From assembly GCA_946406435.1 (NCBI GenBank), contig CAMJKP010000009.1, positions 8,166 through 72,165 of the forward strand: a stretch of DNA of 64,000 nt. The letters run 5' to 3'. The notes below the pieces were generated by a model, which was given only the letters and a program-made list of their open reading frames with translations, was not told the DNA's origin and made no database searches. Below, piece after piece: positions 1 to 9,032 of this stretch. The first letter of the stretch is position 1, and every line of letters begins with the position of its first letter. This stretch comes from an uncultured Prevotellaceae bacterium. Lineage in GTDB: Bacteria; Bacteroidota; Bacteroidia; Bacteroidales; Bacteroidaceae. The position numbers and the translations under genes are program-made.

Positions 1-1198
1 GTTCGAGCTTTATTCCACCACGAAGAAGCAGAACCTTATAGTCTGCGACTCCGCACATCTCAAGTCTGTCGGCATAGAACATCGCATCGCCTTCCTTGCC
101 CTGTGCAGCAGCTATATAGGCAGCCTGACGGTATATCTCCATCCTTACAACCTCAGGAACTGAACCGTCAAGGTCGTTATGATCATCCTCAAGTGAAAAT
201 ATAGCTTCTTGGATATGCGCCTCAGCATTCACATAATCCTCCATAGCAAAGAGCACAGAGGCAAGAAGAACCTCACCCTGAACATCGTAAGGCACGAGCT
301 TTAGATAGTTTTCAAAAGCCTCTTTTGCCCCTTCATTATCTCCGAGGGCAAACAGACAATTTCCCTTACTGAGATATACCTCAGGCAACTTTGGCTGGAT
401 AGCCTCAGCATATTCAGCACTCTGAAGGGCATCATACGTAAGACCGAGATGATACTGACATTGAGCCAACTGAAGCCAAGCCATTAGCGAATAGGCATCT
501 ACATCGATACTTCTATTCCAGTACTCAATCGCTTCTGTATATTGTTCTCTGGCAGTCAGAATCCTCGCCTTTGCCTCAAGATAGTCACCTTCCTCAAAAT
601 ATGCCTCATCTGTCACTCTTGAAAGCCAGTAGTCGGCATAGTCCCATTGGCGATAATCGCACATAAGGAGCGTGACATCAAGCACATAGTCGTTGAAGAT
701 ATCCGACGGAGAACTTTCCTCTTCATCCTCGTCGTCATCATCATCGAATGCCGGTCCCAAATCTTCTGTCTCGTCACAGGTATCATCCATAGAATCGTCA
801 GGACACTCAGGACATTTCTCTATGAGCAATTGCTGAGCCTCATCAGCCTTTTCGCGACAAAGCAGAATCTCAGCCTTGAGATAGATGGCATCAACGATTT
901 CCGCATCAACGAGCAATCGGGAGATATTCTCCGCCTCGTCAATATTCTCCGCCATAATAGCGGTACGAGCCTTGAACACCAATCCCTTCTCGTTGTCAGG
1001 AAAGAGAGAGAGAAGATAGTCAACCACCTTCCCAGCCATCGGCTCATCGCCCTTCACATGGAAGTACTCGGCAACGTCCACAAGGTCATCAGCGTCGAAG
1101 TATTCCACGGCGCCACGTTCCATTGACTCCTGCACCTTCGCAAGGAGTTCCTTGAACTCATTAGATCTTATGTAACGTTGAAAATCGGAAGGGATCAT
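1..1198 (-). CDS. Tetratricopeptide-repeat protein (3' end outside window)
   Basis: Manually read open frame from ATG at 1198 (MIPSDFQRYIRSNEFKELL...), with TPR-like helices (AWLQLAQCQYHLG, EVYLSKGNCLFALGDNEGAKEAFENYLKLVP) and an acidic linker. It runs off the window edge and is therefore missing from the ORF track. Confidence 0.85.
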   Translation of the reverse strand, partial: MIPSDFQRYIRSNEFKELLAKVQESMERGAVEYFDADDLVDVAEYFHVKGDEPMAGKVVDYLLSLFPDNEKGLVFKARTAIMAENIDEAENISRLLVDAEIVDAIYLKAEILLCREKADEAQQLLIEKCPECPDDSMDDTCDETEDLGPAFDDDDDEDEEESSPSDIFNDYVLDVTLLMCDYRQWDYADYWLSRVTDEAYFEEGDYLEAKARILTAREQYTEAIEYWNRSIDVDAYSLMAWLQLAQCQYHLGLTYDALQSAEYAEAIQPKLPEVYLSKGNCLFALGDNEGAKEAFENYLKLVPYDVQGEVLLASVLFAMEDYVNAEAHIQEAIFSLEDDHNDLDGSVPEVVRMEIYRQAAYIAAAQGKEGDAMFYADRLEMCGVADYKVLLLRGGIKLE

Positions 1199-1212
1199 AT
1201 AAAAAAACAACG

Positions 1213-1267
1213 GCCCCTCACCCGCCCTACGGGCACCCTCTCCCCAAGGGGCGAGGGAAAAGTTAGT
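1213..1267 (+). repeat. REP-like palindromic repeat, left flank of DUF559 gene
   Basis: GCCCCTCACCC-[GCCC TAC GGGC]-ACCCTCTCCCCAAGGGGCGAGGGAAAAGTTAGT; inverted partner at 1717-1773. Confidence 0.9.
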
Positions 1268-1318
1268 ATTGCAGTCTAAATGCCTTTCGTTTAAACACAA
1301 AGCATTAAACCCTAAATA

Positions 1319-1705
1319 CTAAACTTTGAACGGCAAGTCTAAATTTATATTGTCCTTTATAGTCGAGATGACAGTTTCGATATGATAGAACACTTCTTCG
1401 TTCGTAAAGCGTATAACCTTGTAGCCCATACTTTCCAGCCAGTTTTGCCTTATTCTGTCTTCTTGTTGCTGAACGATGTCATTGTGATAACCACCATCAA
1501 TTTCTATAATCAGCCTTTGTTTAAGGCAAATGAAATCAACGATATAATCACCAATGACATGTTGCCTTCTAAACCTCACCCCAAGTTGCTCTTGTCGCAA
1601 ATAATGCCACAAAAGACTTTCCGCATCGGTCATATTCGAACGATTTGTTTTCGCATTCTCTTTCGTGACCGAATAAGAATCTGGATATGCGGTTTTGAAG
1701 TCCAT
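1319..1705 (-). CDS. DUF559 family (Vsr-like, PD-(D/E)xK) endonuclease
   Basis: Typical DUF559 motifs: MTDAESLLWHYLR, GVRFRRQHVIGDYIVDF, LIIEIDGGYH, DRIRQNWLESMGYKVIRFTNEEV. Confidence 0.92.
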   Translation of the reverse strand: MDFKTAYPDSYSVTKENAKTNRSNMTDAESLLWHYLRQEQLGVRFRRQHVIGDYIVDFICLKQRLIIEIDGGYHNDIVQQQEDRIRQNWLESMGYKVIRFTNEEVFYHIETVISTIKDNINLDLPFKV

Positions 1706-1716
1706 AAGCAGAAAAG

Positions 1717-1773
1717 ACTAACTTTTCCCTCGCCCCTTGGGGAGAGGGTGTCACGAAGTGACGGGTGAGGGGC
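1717..1773 (-). repeat. REP-like palindromic repeat, right flank of DUF559 gene
   Basis: Reverse complement is identical to 1213-1267 except that the inner hairpin is GTCAC-TTC-GTGAC instead of GCCC-TAC-GGGC. Confidence 0.9.
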
Positions 1774-1781
1774 TATGGCTT

Positions 1782-3536
1782 TTACTTGCTACTCTTTAGT
1801 CCCACCGTCTTATTGAATACAAGATGCTCGGCTGTTGAATCGGTATCAACATTATAATAGCCGATACGCTGGAACTGGAGATAGTCGAGAGGTTTGGCGT
1901 TAGTAAGCCACTTCTCAACGTAGGCAGTCTTTATCTCAAGAGAATTAGGGTTGATGAAATGACGCATATCCTCAATATCGATACGCTCCTTACCCAGACT
2001 CTTAGAGTAGTTAGCCACCTCGTCGCGTGGGTTCTCAACCATCCACAGACGGTCGTAGTTCCTTACCTCTGCCTCTACGCAATGGTCAACGCTTACCCAA
2101 TGGATAGTCTTACCCTTGATCTTCATATTCGCATTAGCCTCACCTGTCTTTGTCTCAGGAATAAACTCTGCGTGAATCTCAACGATATTACCCTCTGCAT
2201 CCTTTACGATACACTCCTCCGGATTCTCTGAACACTTGATGATATAGGCATTCTTCAGACGAACCTCCTTACCTGGACCAAGACGGAAGAACTTCTTTGG
2301 AGCATCCTCCATGAAGTCGTCACGCTCTATCCAAAGGTTGCGAGAGAAGGTAATCTCATGCGTACCGCTATTCTCGTCCTCTGGGTTATTGATAGCCGTA
2401 AGTTCCTCTGTCTTGCCTTCCGGATAGTTGGTAATAACGAGCTTGACAGGATCAATAACAGCACTTACACGAGTAGCACGAGTGTTAAGATCCTCACGGA
2501 TAGCGCTTTCCATAAGAGCCATCTCGTTGAGAGCATCGAATGTTGTATAACCGATCTTGTCAATAAACTTCAAGATACCCTCTGGAGAATAGCCTCTGCG
2601 ACGGAAACCGCATATTGTAGGCATACGAGGATCATCCCAGCCGGAAACAACACCCTCCTTCGTGAGCATAAGAAGGTTACGCTTTGAAAGCAGGATATGA
2701 GTGAGATTGAGCTTATTGAACTCCGTCTGACGTGGACGGTTATCATCCAATGGCTTATCATCGCCAGCCACTTCCTTTGCCCAGTCAACGAACAGGTCAT
2801 AGAGCGGACGATGGCTAACGAACTCAAGCGTACAGAGTGAATGTGTCACGCCCTCCCAATAGTCACACTGGCCATGAGTATAGTCGTACATAGGATAGGC
2901 ATTCCACTTATTGCCCGTACGCCAATGAGGCATATTGAGCACACGATACATGATAGGATCGCGGAAGTGCATATTAGGGCTTGCCATATCAATCTTGGCA
3001 CGAAGAACCATCTTTCCCGGCTCCATATTGCCAGAGTTCATTTCCTCGAAGAGAGCAAGGCTTTCCTCAACAGGACGATCTCGATATGGTGAGTTCTGAC
3101 CAGGCTGAGTAGGAGTACCCTTCTGAGCGGCAATTTCCTCGGCTGTCTGCTCGTCAACGTATGCCTTGCCACGCTTGATAAGCTCTACGGCGAGATCCCA
3201 GAGCTTCTGGAAGTAGTCAGAGGCATACAGGATATTGCCCCACTTGAAACCGAGCCACTCTATGTCGCGCTTGATAGCCTCAACATACTCAGTATCCTCT
3301 TTCTGAGGGTTTGTATCATCCATACGAAGGTTACAAACGCCACCATATTTCTGCGCGATGCCGAAGTCGAGCGCTATTGCCTTAGCATGACCGATATGCA
3401 GATAGCCGTTAGGTTCTGGTGGGAAACGAGTCTGCAAACGACCTCCGTTCTTGCCCTCAGCAAGATCCTTCTCAACTTTCTGCTCTATGAAATTGAGGCT
3501 CTTCTTCTCTTCCTCATTCTTTATTCCTTCTGCCAT
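1782..3536 (-). CDS. glnS: Glutamine--tRNA ligase
   Basis: RFPPEPNGYLHIGHAK (HIGH motif), LLSKR (KMSKS-like), GWDDPRMPT, FQRIGYY. Confidence 0.97.
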   Translation of the reverse strand: MAEGIKNEEEKKSLNFIEQKVEKDLAEGKNGGRLQTRFPPEPNGYLHIGHAKAIALDFGIAQKYGGVCNLRMDDTNPQKEDTEYVEAIKRDIEWLGFKWGNILYASDYFQKLWDLAVELIKRGKAYVDEQTAEEIAAQKGTPTQPGQNSPYRDRPVEESLALFEEMNSGNMEPGKMVLRAKIDMASPNMHFRDPIMYRVLNMPHWRTGNKWNAYPMYDYTHGQCDYWEGVTHSLCTLEFVSHRPLYDLFVDWAKEVAGDDKPLDDNRPRQTEFNKLNLTHILLSKRNLLMLTKEGVVSGWDDPRMPTICGFRRRGYSPEGILKFIDKIGYTTFDALNEMALMESAIREDLNTRATRVSAVIDPVKLVITNYPEGKTEELTAINNPEDENSGTHEITFSRNLWIERDDFMEDAPKKFFRLGPGKEVRLKNAYIIKCSENPEECIVKDAEGNIVEIHAEFIPETKTGEANANMKIKGKTIHWVSVDHCVEAEVRNYDRLWMVENPRDEVANYSKSLGKERIDIEDMRHFINPNSLEIKTAYVEKWLTNAKPLDYLQFQRIGYYNVDTDSTAEHLVFNKTVGLKSSK

Positions 3537-3589
3537 ATATTGTTATTGTTTTATTTCCATTTCAGTCACTACCGACCGCTATTTTACTG

Positions 3590-3597
3590 CAAAATTA
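3590..3597 (-). promoter_or_regulatory. Bacteroidota sigma-A -7 element for glnS
   Basis: TAATTTTG(CA) matches TAnnTTTG upstream of glnS. Confidence 0.65.
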
Positions 3598-3660
3598 CTA
3601 ACTTTTCCCGAAATAAGGAAATTTTAACCAATATTTAATCTCAAATACCTCTTTTTTTCC

Positions 3661-3668
3661 TAACTTTG
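3661..3668 (+). promoter_or_regulatory. Bacteroidota sigma-A -7 element for the GH105 gene
   Basis: TAACTTTG(CA) just upstream of the ORF. Confidence 0.65.
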
Positions 3669-3678
3669 CACTCGGAAA

Positions 3679-5133
3679 ATGCAAATACATACAAACAGAA
3701 AGATGAAGCTATCTCACATATTAGCAACTCTTATCATATTTTTTTCACTCCCAATAGGCATTTCCGCGAAAACGCTGAAATTCAACGAGGGAACAAGATA
3801 TTCACGTCTTGCACTTGAATCCAGAACACACGATTTCTACGGCAACCTCAGACCAATGGGGTTTCCTGTTTTCGTTATGGATGGCTCGATGGATATGGAC
3901 ACCCAACTTTCCAGCAAAAGCGAGACGACCTTCGACTACGTGCCAGGACTCGTGGCCAGAGCCACTATGGAGGCTGTTGACCTTTACAAGCAGGAGGCAT
4001 GGGCACGTAGCATATACTATAGCGTGGAGTGGTATGCCAACCTATATTACAACAAGGTACCAAGCGAGGGAGGAAGCCTTGACGACCTCAATTCGGCAAA
4101 GATATATTTCCCTATCTACGAACTCACAAAGGAGGGAGGAGCCTATGCCCCTTTCTGTAATGACTCAACTCTCATAAAGGCAAAAATCGCCATTGATGCT
4201 GCCGTAAAAGGCCTTCAAGCACACATCAAGAAATATTCAATAAAAGACTCACAGTTTGAGGATGCACGTGGCGGTATGTGGCACAAGAAGAGCTACCCCA
4301 ACCAGATGTGGCTTGACGGACAATATATGGGGCCTGCCCTTATGGCACAGCTTATCAACTATGGACGCAACGTGACAGGAAGTGCAGAGAGCGATTGGGA
4401 CTTTATAACCAACCAGTTCAAAATCACGTGGAATCATCTCTGGGATAAGGACAAAAAACTTCTCTATCATGCCTTCTCAGCCACTCCTACCGACACAGTA
4501 GCCTCATGTTGGGCTGACCCTGTGACTGGCCGTAGCAAGGAGTTCTGGGCAAGAGCTGAGGGGTGGTATTTCCTTGCACTCGTTGATGTACTTGAGGAAA
4601 TGCAAAAGGCCAAGGTGACGGAATCAGACAACTATACCGTTCTCCGTCAATATCTTAACGAACTTGCCAAAGGTATTGCGCAATATCAGGAACAGAGAAC
4701 CGGCTGTTGGTATCAGCTTATCGACAAAGGCGCAGGCTATTATGTCTCTTCATACAAGGGCGTAGAGATGGCACCAAAGAACAACTATCTCGAATCATCA
4801 GCTTCTGCACTCTTCATAGCTGCATATTATAAGGGTATGCGACTTGGACTTCTCGACAACGACTACAAAGACATGTGCGAGAAGGCGTATCGTGGGTTTA
4901 TCGAGACATTCGTGGTAGATGACCATTCCCCATTTGGAGGAATTGATATCATAGGCAGTTGCCGTTCAGCAGGTCTTGGAGGAGCAGATAAGCGCGACGG
5001 CTCAGGAGCTTATTATCTACTTGGTTCTGACGTAACTGTGGTGAAGGAGCGTGATATGCAAACCGAAGGTAAGGCTCTCGGTGCTTTCATACTCGCAGCT
5101 ATTGAATATGAAAGAGCGCATCCACAGGAATAA
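3679..5133 (+). CDS. Secreted unsaturated glycuronyl hydrolase, GH105/GH88 family (start may be 3703)
   Basis: Signal peptide; motifs HKKSYPNQMWLDGQYMG, LLYHA, FWARAEGW, NYLESSASALF. Confidence 0.85.
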   Translation: MQIHTNRKMKLSHILATLIIFFSLPIGISAKTLKFNEGTRYSRLALESRTHDFYGNLRPMGFPVFVMDGSMDMDTQLSSKSETTFDYVPGLVARATMEAVDLYKQEAWARSIYYSVEWYANLYYNKVPSEGGSLDDLNSAKIYFPIYELTKEGGAYAPFCNDSTLIKAKIAIDAAVKGLQAHIKKYSIKDSQFEDARGGMWHKKSYPNQMWLDGQYMGPALMAQLINYGRNVTGSAESDWDFITNQFKITWNHLWDKDKKLLYHAFSATPTDTVASCWADPVTGRSKEFWARAEGWYFLALVDVLEEMQKAKVTESDNYTVLRQYLNELAKGIAQYQEQRTGCWYQLIDKGAGYYVSSYKGVEMAPKNNYLESSASALFIAAYYKGMRLGLLDNDYKDMCEKAYRGFIETFVVDDHSPFGGIDIIGSCRSAGLGGADKRDGSGAYYLLGSDVTVVKERDMQTEGKALGAFILAAIEYERAHPQE

Positions 5134-5162
5134 CTCCCCCTACTCAATTTTTATCGACATAA

Positions 5163-5590
5163 AATTTCGTCAAACTCACGTTATCGTTACATCGTTACAT
5201 ACATGCGATATAACGATATAACGCATAGCATCACGATATAAAGTTCTGTATTTGTGATAGTTACAAAACAAGAAAGCGTTATGCGTTACATGTTATATGT
5301 TATATGAAAATTAATATTCCTTTGAGAAGATGCTGTGCATCTACACTCCCCCTCTCAACTTTCAACTCTCAACTCTCTACTTTACTCTTTAATCTTTATT
5401 CTTTAATCTATAATCTCTACTCTATATAATAATTACGTGCGCGAATAATATAAATAAGTAGATAATAAAAAAAATGTTATATGCCATATAACGTATAACA
5501 TATAACACCTATTTTGTAATAGGCTGATTATGTGATAGTTAAGAATACACAAAGCGTTATATGTTATATGTTACATGTTATCTGAAAGTT
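5163..5590. repeat. Iteron-like block A (word GTTAYAT / ATATAAC) with AT-rich core
   Basis: Tandem CGTTACATCGTTACAT, ATATAACGATATAACG and GTTATATGTTATATG in both orientations; ~55-bp imperfect direct repeat at about 5253-5310 and 5531-5588. Confidence 0.75.
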
Positions 5591-5740
5591 ATTTCTCATT
5601 TGCACCATGCACGACATTCGCGACAAACGCTTTCAGCATTCGCGACAACTATTGCAGGCTTCAGAAAAATGTTGTAACTTTGCACTTGGAAATCGGGTGA
5701 TAGGTGTTGGGTGTTAGGTGATGGCGGTCACTAAGCAACA

Positions 5741-5812
5741 CCGTTGTGAATCCGTTGTAAAACCGTTGTAAAACCGTTCCCTGAATTGGGAGAATAATGG
5801 GAATAACAAGAG
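5741..5812 (+). repeat. 11-bp-period array A'
   Basis: CCGTT at 5741, 5752, 5763 and 5774, junction CCGTTCCCTGAATTGGGAG, then TGGGA at 5787 and 5798. Confidence 0.8.
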
Positions 5813-5831
5813 TGTTAGAAAGTCCCTTCCT

Positions 5832-6968
5832 TTACACCTCAATCCTGAACGTAGTACCCTTCCCTACTTCAGATTTCAGGACATAGATTTTGCCATGATG
5901 GTATTCCTCCACGATACGTTTGGCAAGTGAAAGACCAAGTCCCCAGCCACGAGTCTTAGTGGTGAAACCCGGACGGAACACGTTCTTGACATTCTTCTTT
6001 TCAATTCCCTTGCCTGTATCAGTAACGTCGATAATCACAGGATTGGAAGCAACTGCCTTGATTGTGATAGTACCGCCACCTTCCATAGCATCAACGGCAT
6101 TCTTACAGAGATTTTCAAGCACCCATTCAAAGAGTGAAGGATTGACCATTACATGAGCATCACAATCAGAGAACTCGTCTATTATCTTGACTTTCTGAGA
6201 AGTACGTCTGTCCATATAGTCCACCACATGACGAAGCATTTCTGCCAATGGAGTATCAACAGGTTCCGGGATAGAGCCAATCTTCGAAAAACGCTCAGCA
6301 ATAAGTTGCAAACGCTTCACATCCTTGTCCATTTCTGGGATAAGCTCATCATTCGGATATGTCTCGCGTAGGATTTCCGTCCAAGCCATCAAAGAGGATA
6401 TAGGGGTGCCCAACTGATGGGCGGTTTCCTTTGACAATCCTACCCAAACCTTGTTCTGCTCGGCTTTCTTAGAAGTCAAGAGTGCGAAGATGGCAATTAC
6501 GACAAAGATGAGGACGATACCTAATTGCACGTATGGATAGAAAGACAGTCGGGTAATCATAACCGACTCGTCGTAGCTCACGTGAATAGTCTCAGCATCT
6601 GTTCCAAGCGATATTTTTATATCACGACCCGAAGCACGCATTCTTGCAGCCATCTTAGAGGCAACAGCCATACTGTCCTCATAGTTCTTTGCATCGATTT
6701 CCACATTACGGAAGGTCTGGACGTTTCCCTGCTCGTCGGTCACAATAACGGGAATGGTGTTGTTCTCGTTGATAACCTTCAGCACAAGATTCAGGTCAGT
6801 ATTCTCTTCGGCAGTACTGAGAGAGCGCATAGCCTCTGCCCATACCTCCATACGATTACGTTCCTCTATCGCAAGGTCACGCACAAGGATATGAGATACA
6901 ACGAGCGAAGCCGCTGCGATTATCACAGCGGCCAAGACAAGCACTATCTTAATCCTATTTATTGACAA
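5832..6968 (-). CDS. Membrane sensor histidine kinase
   Basis: Two TM segments; H-box KETAHQLGTPISSL, N-box ENLCKNAVDA, G boxes DTGKGI and GWGLGL; TTG start. Confidence 0.92.
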   Translation of the reverse strand: MSINRIKIVLVLAAVIIAAASLVVSHILVRDLAIEERNRMEVWAEAMRSLSTAEENTDLNLVLKVINENNTIPVIVTDEQGNVQTFRNVEIDAKNYEDSMAVASKMAARMRASGRDIKISLGTDAETIHVSYDESVMITRLSFYPYVQLGIVLIFVVIAIFALLTSKKAEQNKVWVGLSKETAHQLGTPISSLMAWTEILRETYPNDELIPEMDKDVKRLQLIAERFSKIGSIPEPVDTPLAEMLRHVVDYMDRRTSQKVKIIDEFSDCDAHVMVNPSLFEWVLENLCKNAVDAMEGGGTITIKAVASNPVIIDVTDTGKGIEKKNVKNVFRPGFTTKTRGWGLGLSLAKRIVEEYHHGKIYVLKSEVGKGTTFRIEV

Positions 6969-7000
6969 AACCTATTACGTATTTTAAATAACAAAAGGCA

Positions 7001-8659
7001 TTACACGAGGAACTTCTCGAATTCCTCCTTTGGCAACGGATGCGAGTAGTAATATCCCTGTACCGTATCAATTCCCATACGCTTCACCTTATATAGCTGT
7101 TCAGATGTCTCCACGCCTTCGGCTGTTACTTCCATACCAAGACTACGGACGAGTCGAACGCAGGCTGCCATTACCTGTGCCTGACGCGGGTTATCCAATC
7201 CCTTTACGAATGCCATATCGAACTTCACAAGATCCAACGGCAGGAGCTGGAACATGCTGAGAGAGGAATATCCTGTACCGAAATCATCGAGTTCTATCTT
7301 CACGCCTCGCTGCTGACATTCGCGCAAAACCTTGGCTAATCGGTCCAACTGCTCGCTGAAAAGACTTTCCGTCACTTCAAGATGCATACATTCTGGCGAT
7401 AGCATATTATCCTTGATAGGTTTGAACCATTTACGCAGGAAATCGTTCTGCAACAGCTCTGAGCGAGAACAGTTTACGGAAATAGGTACGATATGAAGAC
7501 CTCTTTCCTGCCATTTGCGCTGATTCTGACAGGTGCGCTTCCAAGCATAGAAATCCACCTCTGAGATGAATCCTGTCTGCTCAAAGACAGGGATAAACTC
7601 CGCAGGCGACAGGAAGCCGAACTCCGGATGAGTCCAACGCACAAGAGCCTCAGCTCCGACGAGTCTGCCAGTACGGGAGTCATGCTTTGGCTGATAATAT
7701 ATCTGGAACTCGTCACGCTTCAACGCATTCACCATTGACCTCTCTATTGCAACACGACGGTCGTAGAACTTCTGCATATTATCATCGAACCATGCATAGT
7801 TCTGGCCATACACATGCTTTACCGTATCGAGAGCCATAAGAGCATGACGGCAATGTTCCCTTACGGGGATGTCGTGTCTGACATCGCGCTTCACACCAAA
7901 CTTAAGAACAGCCACACCCTCTTCCGGTAACGGCAGCGTTAGTGCCCCTTTGTTCTTCCTCCTCGTCTCCATATAGCGCTCGGAACTTGGAGCTATAACC
8001 ACGAACTGGTTATCGTCATAACGTCCGTAGATATAGTTTTCCACCTGTGCCCTACGCATCAAGGCTACATTCTGCAAGAGAAGTTCATTGGCAACTTTTG
8101 TTCCATAGCGCTCTTTCACGAGCGTGAAGTCCTGAATATCAGAGATGGCGAGAGTGAATTTCACGTCAGGATTCTCACGCAGAACCCTCTGCGCATGATG
8201 GAAGAAAGCCTGTCGGGTGAATATTCCCGTAAGGTCGTCGTACTCCACTTCCCTCAGCGTAGAAGCTGATTCCCTTAAACGGATGATGTTACTGATACGC
8301 TTCAGCACTATATTCCTCTTATATGGCTTGACGACGAAATCCGTAGCTCCCAGCTCAAGACATCTCTCCTCCTCTTCCACATCATTGCTGCCGGTAGCAA
8401 CAATCACAGGAATCTCTTTTAGAAGTTCGTCTTCCTTCACAACCTTCAGGAACTCATACCCGTTCATCACAGGCATCTGCACGTCAAGAACGACGATTGA
8501 AATATTACGATAATGCTTTTGGAGAACCTCAAGGCCCTCCTTACCGTTCTCTGCCTGATATACATGATATCGGTCTTCCAACATGGCGCAAAGCATCTCG
8601 CGATTCAATTCGTTATCCTCTACAATGAGGACTGATCGGCGTCCTGATTCATTTGACAT
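7001..8659 (-). CDS. Response regulator: REC + degenerate GGDEF + EAL c-di-GMP phosphodiesterase
   Basis: REC (LIVEDN, VLDVQMPVMNG, KP); DDLTGIFTR followed by degenerate RYDDNQF; intact EAL motifs (YYQPK, GAEALVRW, ELDDFGTGYSSL, AEGVET, QGYYYS). Confidence 0.92.
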   Translation of the reverse strand: MSNESGRRSVLIVEDNELNREMLCAMLEDRYHVYQAENGKEGLEVLQKHYRNISIVVLDVQMPVMNGYEFLKVVKEDELLKEIPVIVATGSNDVEEEERCLELGATDFVVKPYKRNIVLKRISNIIRLRESASTLREVEYDDLTGIFTRQAFFHHAQRVLRENPDVKFTLAISDIQDFTLVKERYGTKVANELLLQNVALMRRAQVENYIYGRYDDNQFVVIAPSSERYMETRRKNKGALTLPLPEEGVAVLKFGVKRDVRHDIPVREHCRHALMALDTVKHVYGQNYAWFDDNMQKFYDRRVAIERSMVNALKRDEFQIYYQPKHDSRTGRLVGAEALVRWTHPEFGFLSPAEFIPVFEQTGFISEVDFYAWKRTCQNQRKWQERGLHIVPISVNCSRSELLQNDFLRKWFKPIKDNMLSPECMHLEVTESLFSEQLDRLAKVLRECQQRGVKIELDDFGTGYSSLSMFQLLPLDLVKFDMAFVKGLDNPRQAQVMAACVRLVRSLGMEVTAEGVETSEQLYKVKRMGIDTVQGYYYSHPLPKEEFEKFLV

Positions 8660-8681
8660 AAACGACCCTCCAAGTTATTGT

Positions 8682-9032
8682 TTAGCTATTCTCTTTCTGA
8701 ATGCTATCTGTCACAAGCCTATATGCATTCTCCAGATTCTCCAGAAGCGTTTCATCCACAGTACCATCAGAGTGGCGCAACTGCTCAGTAAGGGCAGATG
8801 CAGCTTTCCAAAGTTCTGTGAAAGATAGATTTGCAGCCACTCCCTTCAACGTATGCACGGCACGGAAAGCCACATCATGCTCTCCGGAAGCAATAGCATC
8901 ACGCAGTTGCTGCATTGACGGATCTGATAGAAACTTCAGCACAAACTTCTCCACGAGCCTGTCGCTCATCAGTCTTGCCTTAGCTTCCGCATAGTCTCCA
9001 TGTAAACTTTTATATAACTCTTCTAAATTCAT
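8682..9032 (-). CDS. Hpt (histidine phosphotransfer) protein
   Basis: AFRAVHTLKGVAANL; start MNLEELY at 9032 overlaps the MATE stop codon (ATGA). Confidence 0.9.
   Translation of the reverse strand: MNLEELYKSLHGDYAEAKARLMSDRLVEKFVLKFLSDPSMQQLRDAIASGEHDVAFRAVHTLKGVAANLSFTELWKAASALTEQLRHSDGTVDETLLENLENAYRLVTDSIQKENS

Noticed and set aside
647-1126. 159-aa plus-strand ORF and the many other antisense or overlapping ORFs in the track
   Set aside because: Shadows of well-supported genes on the opposite strand or in another frame; no recognisable motifs.
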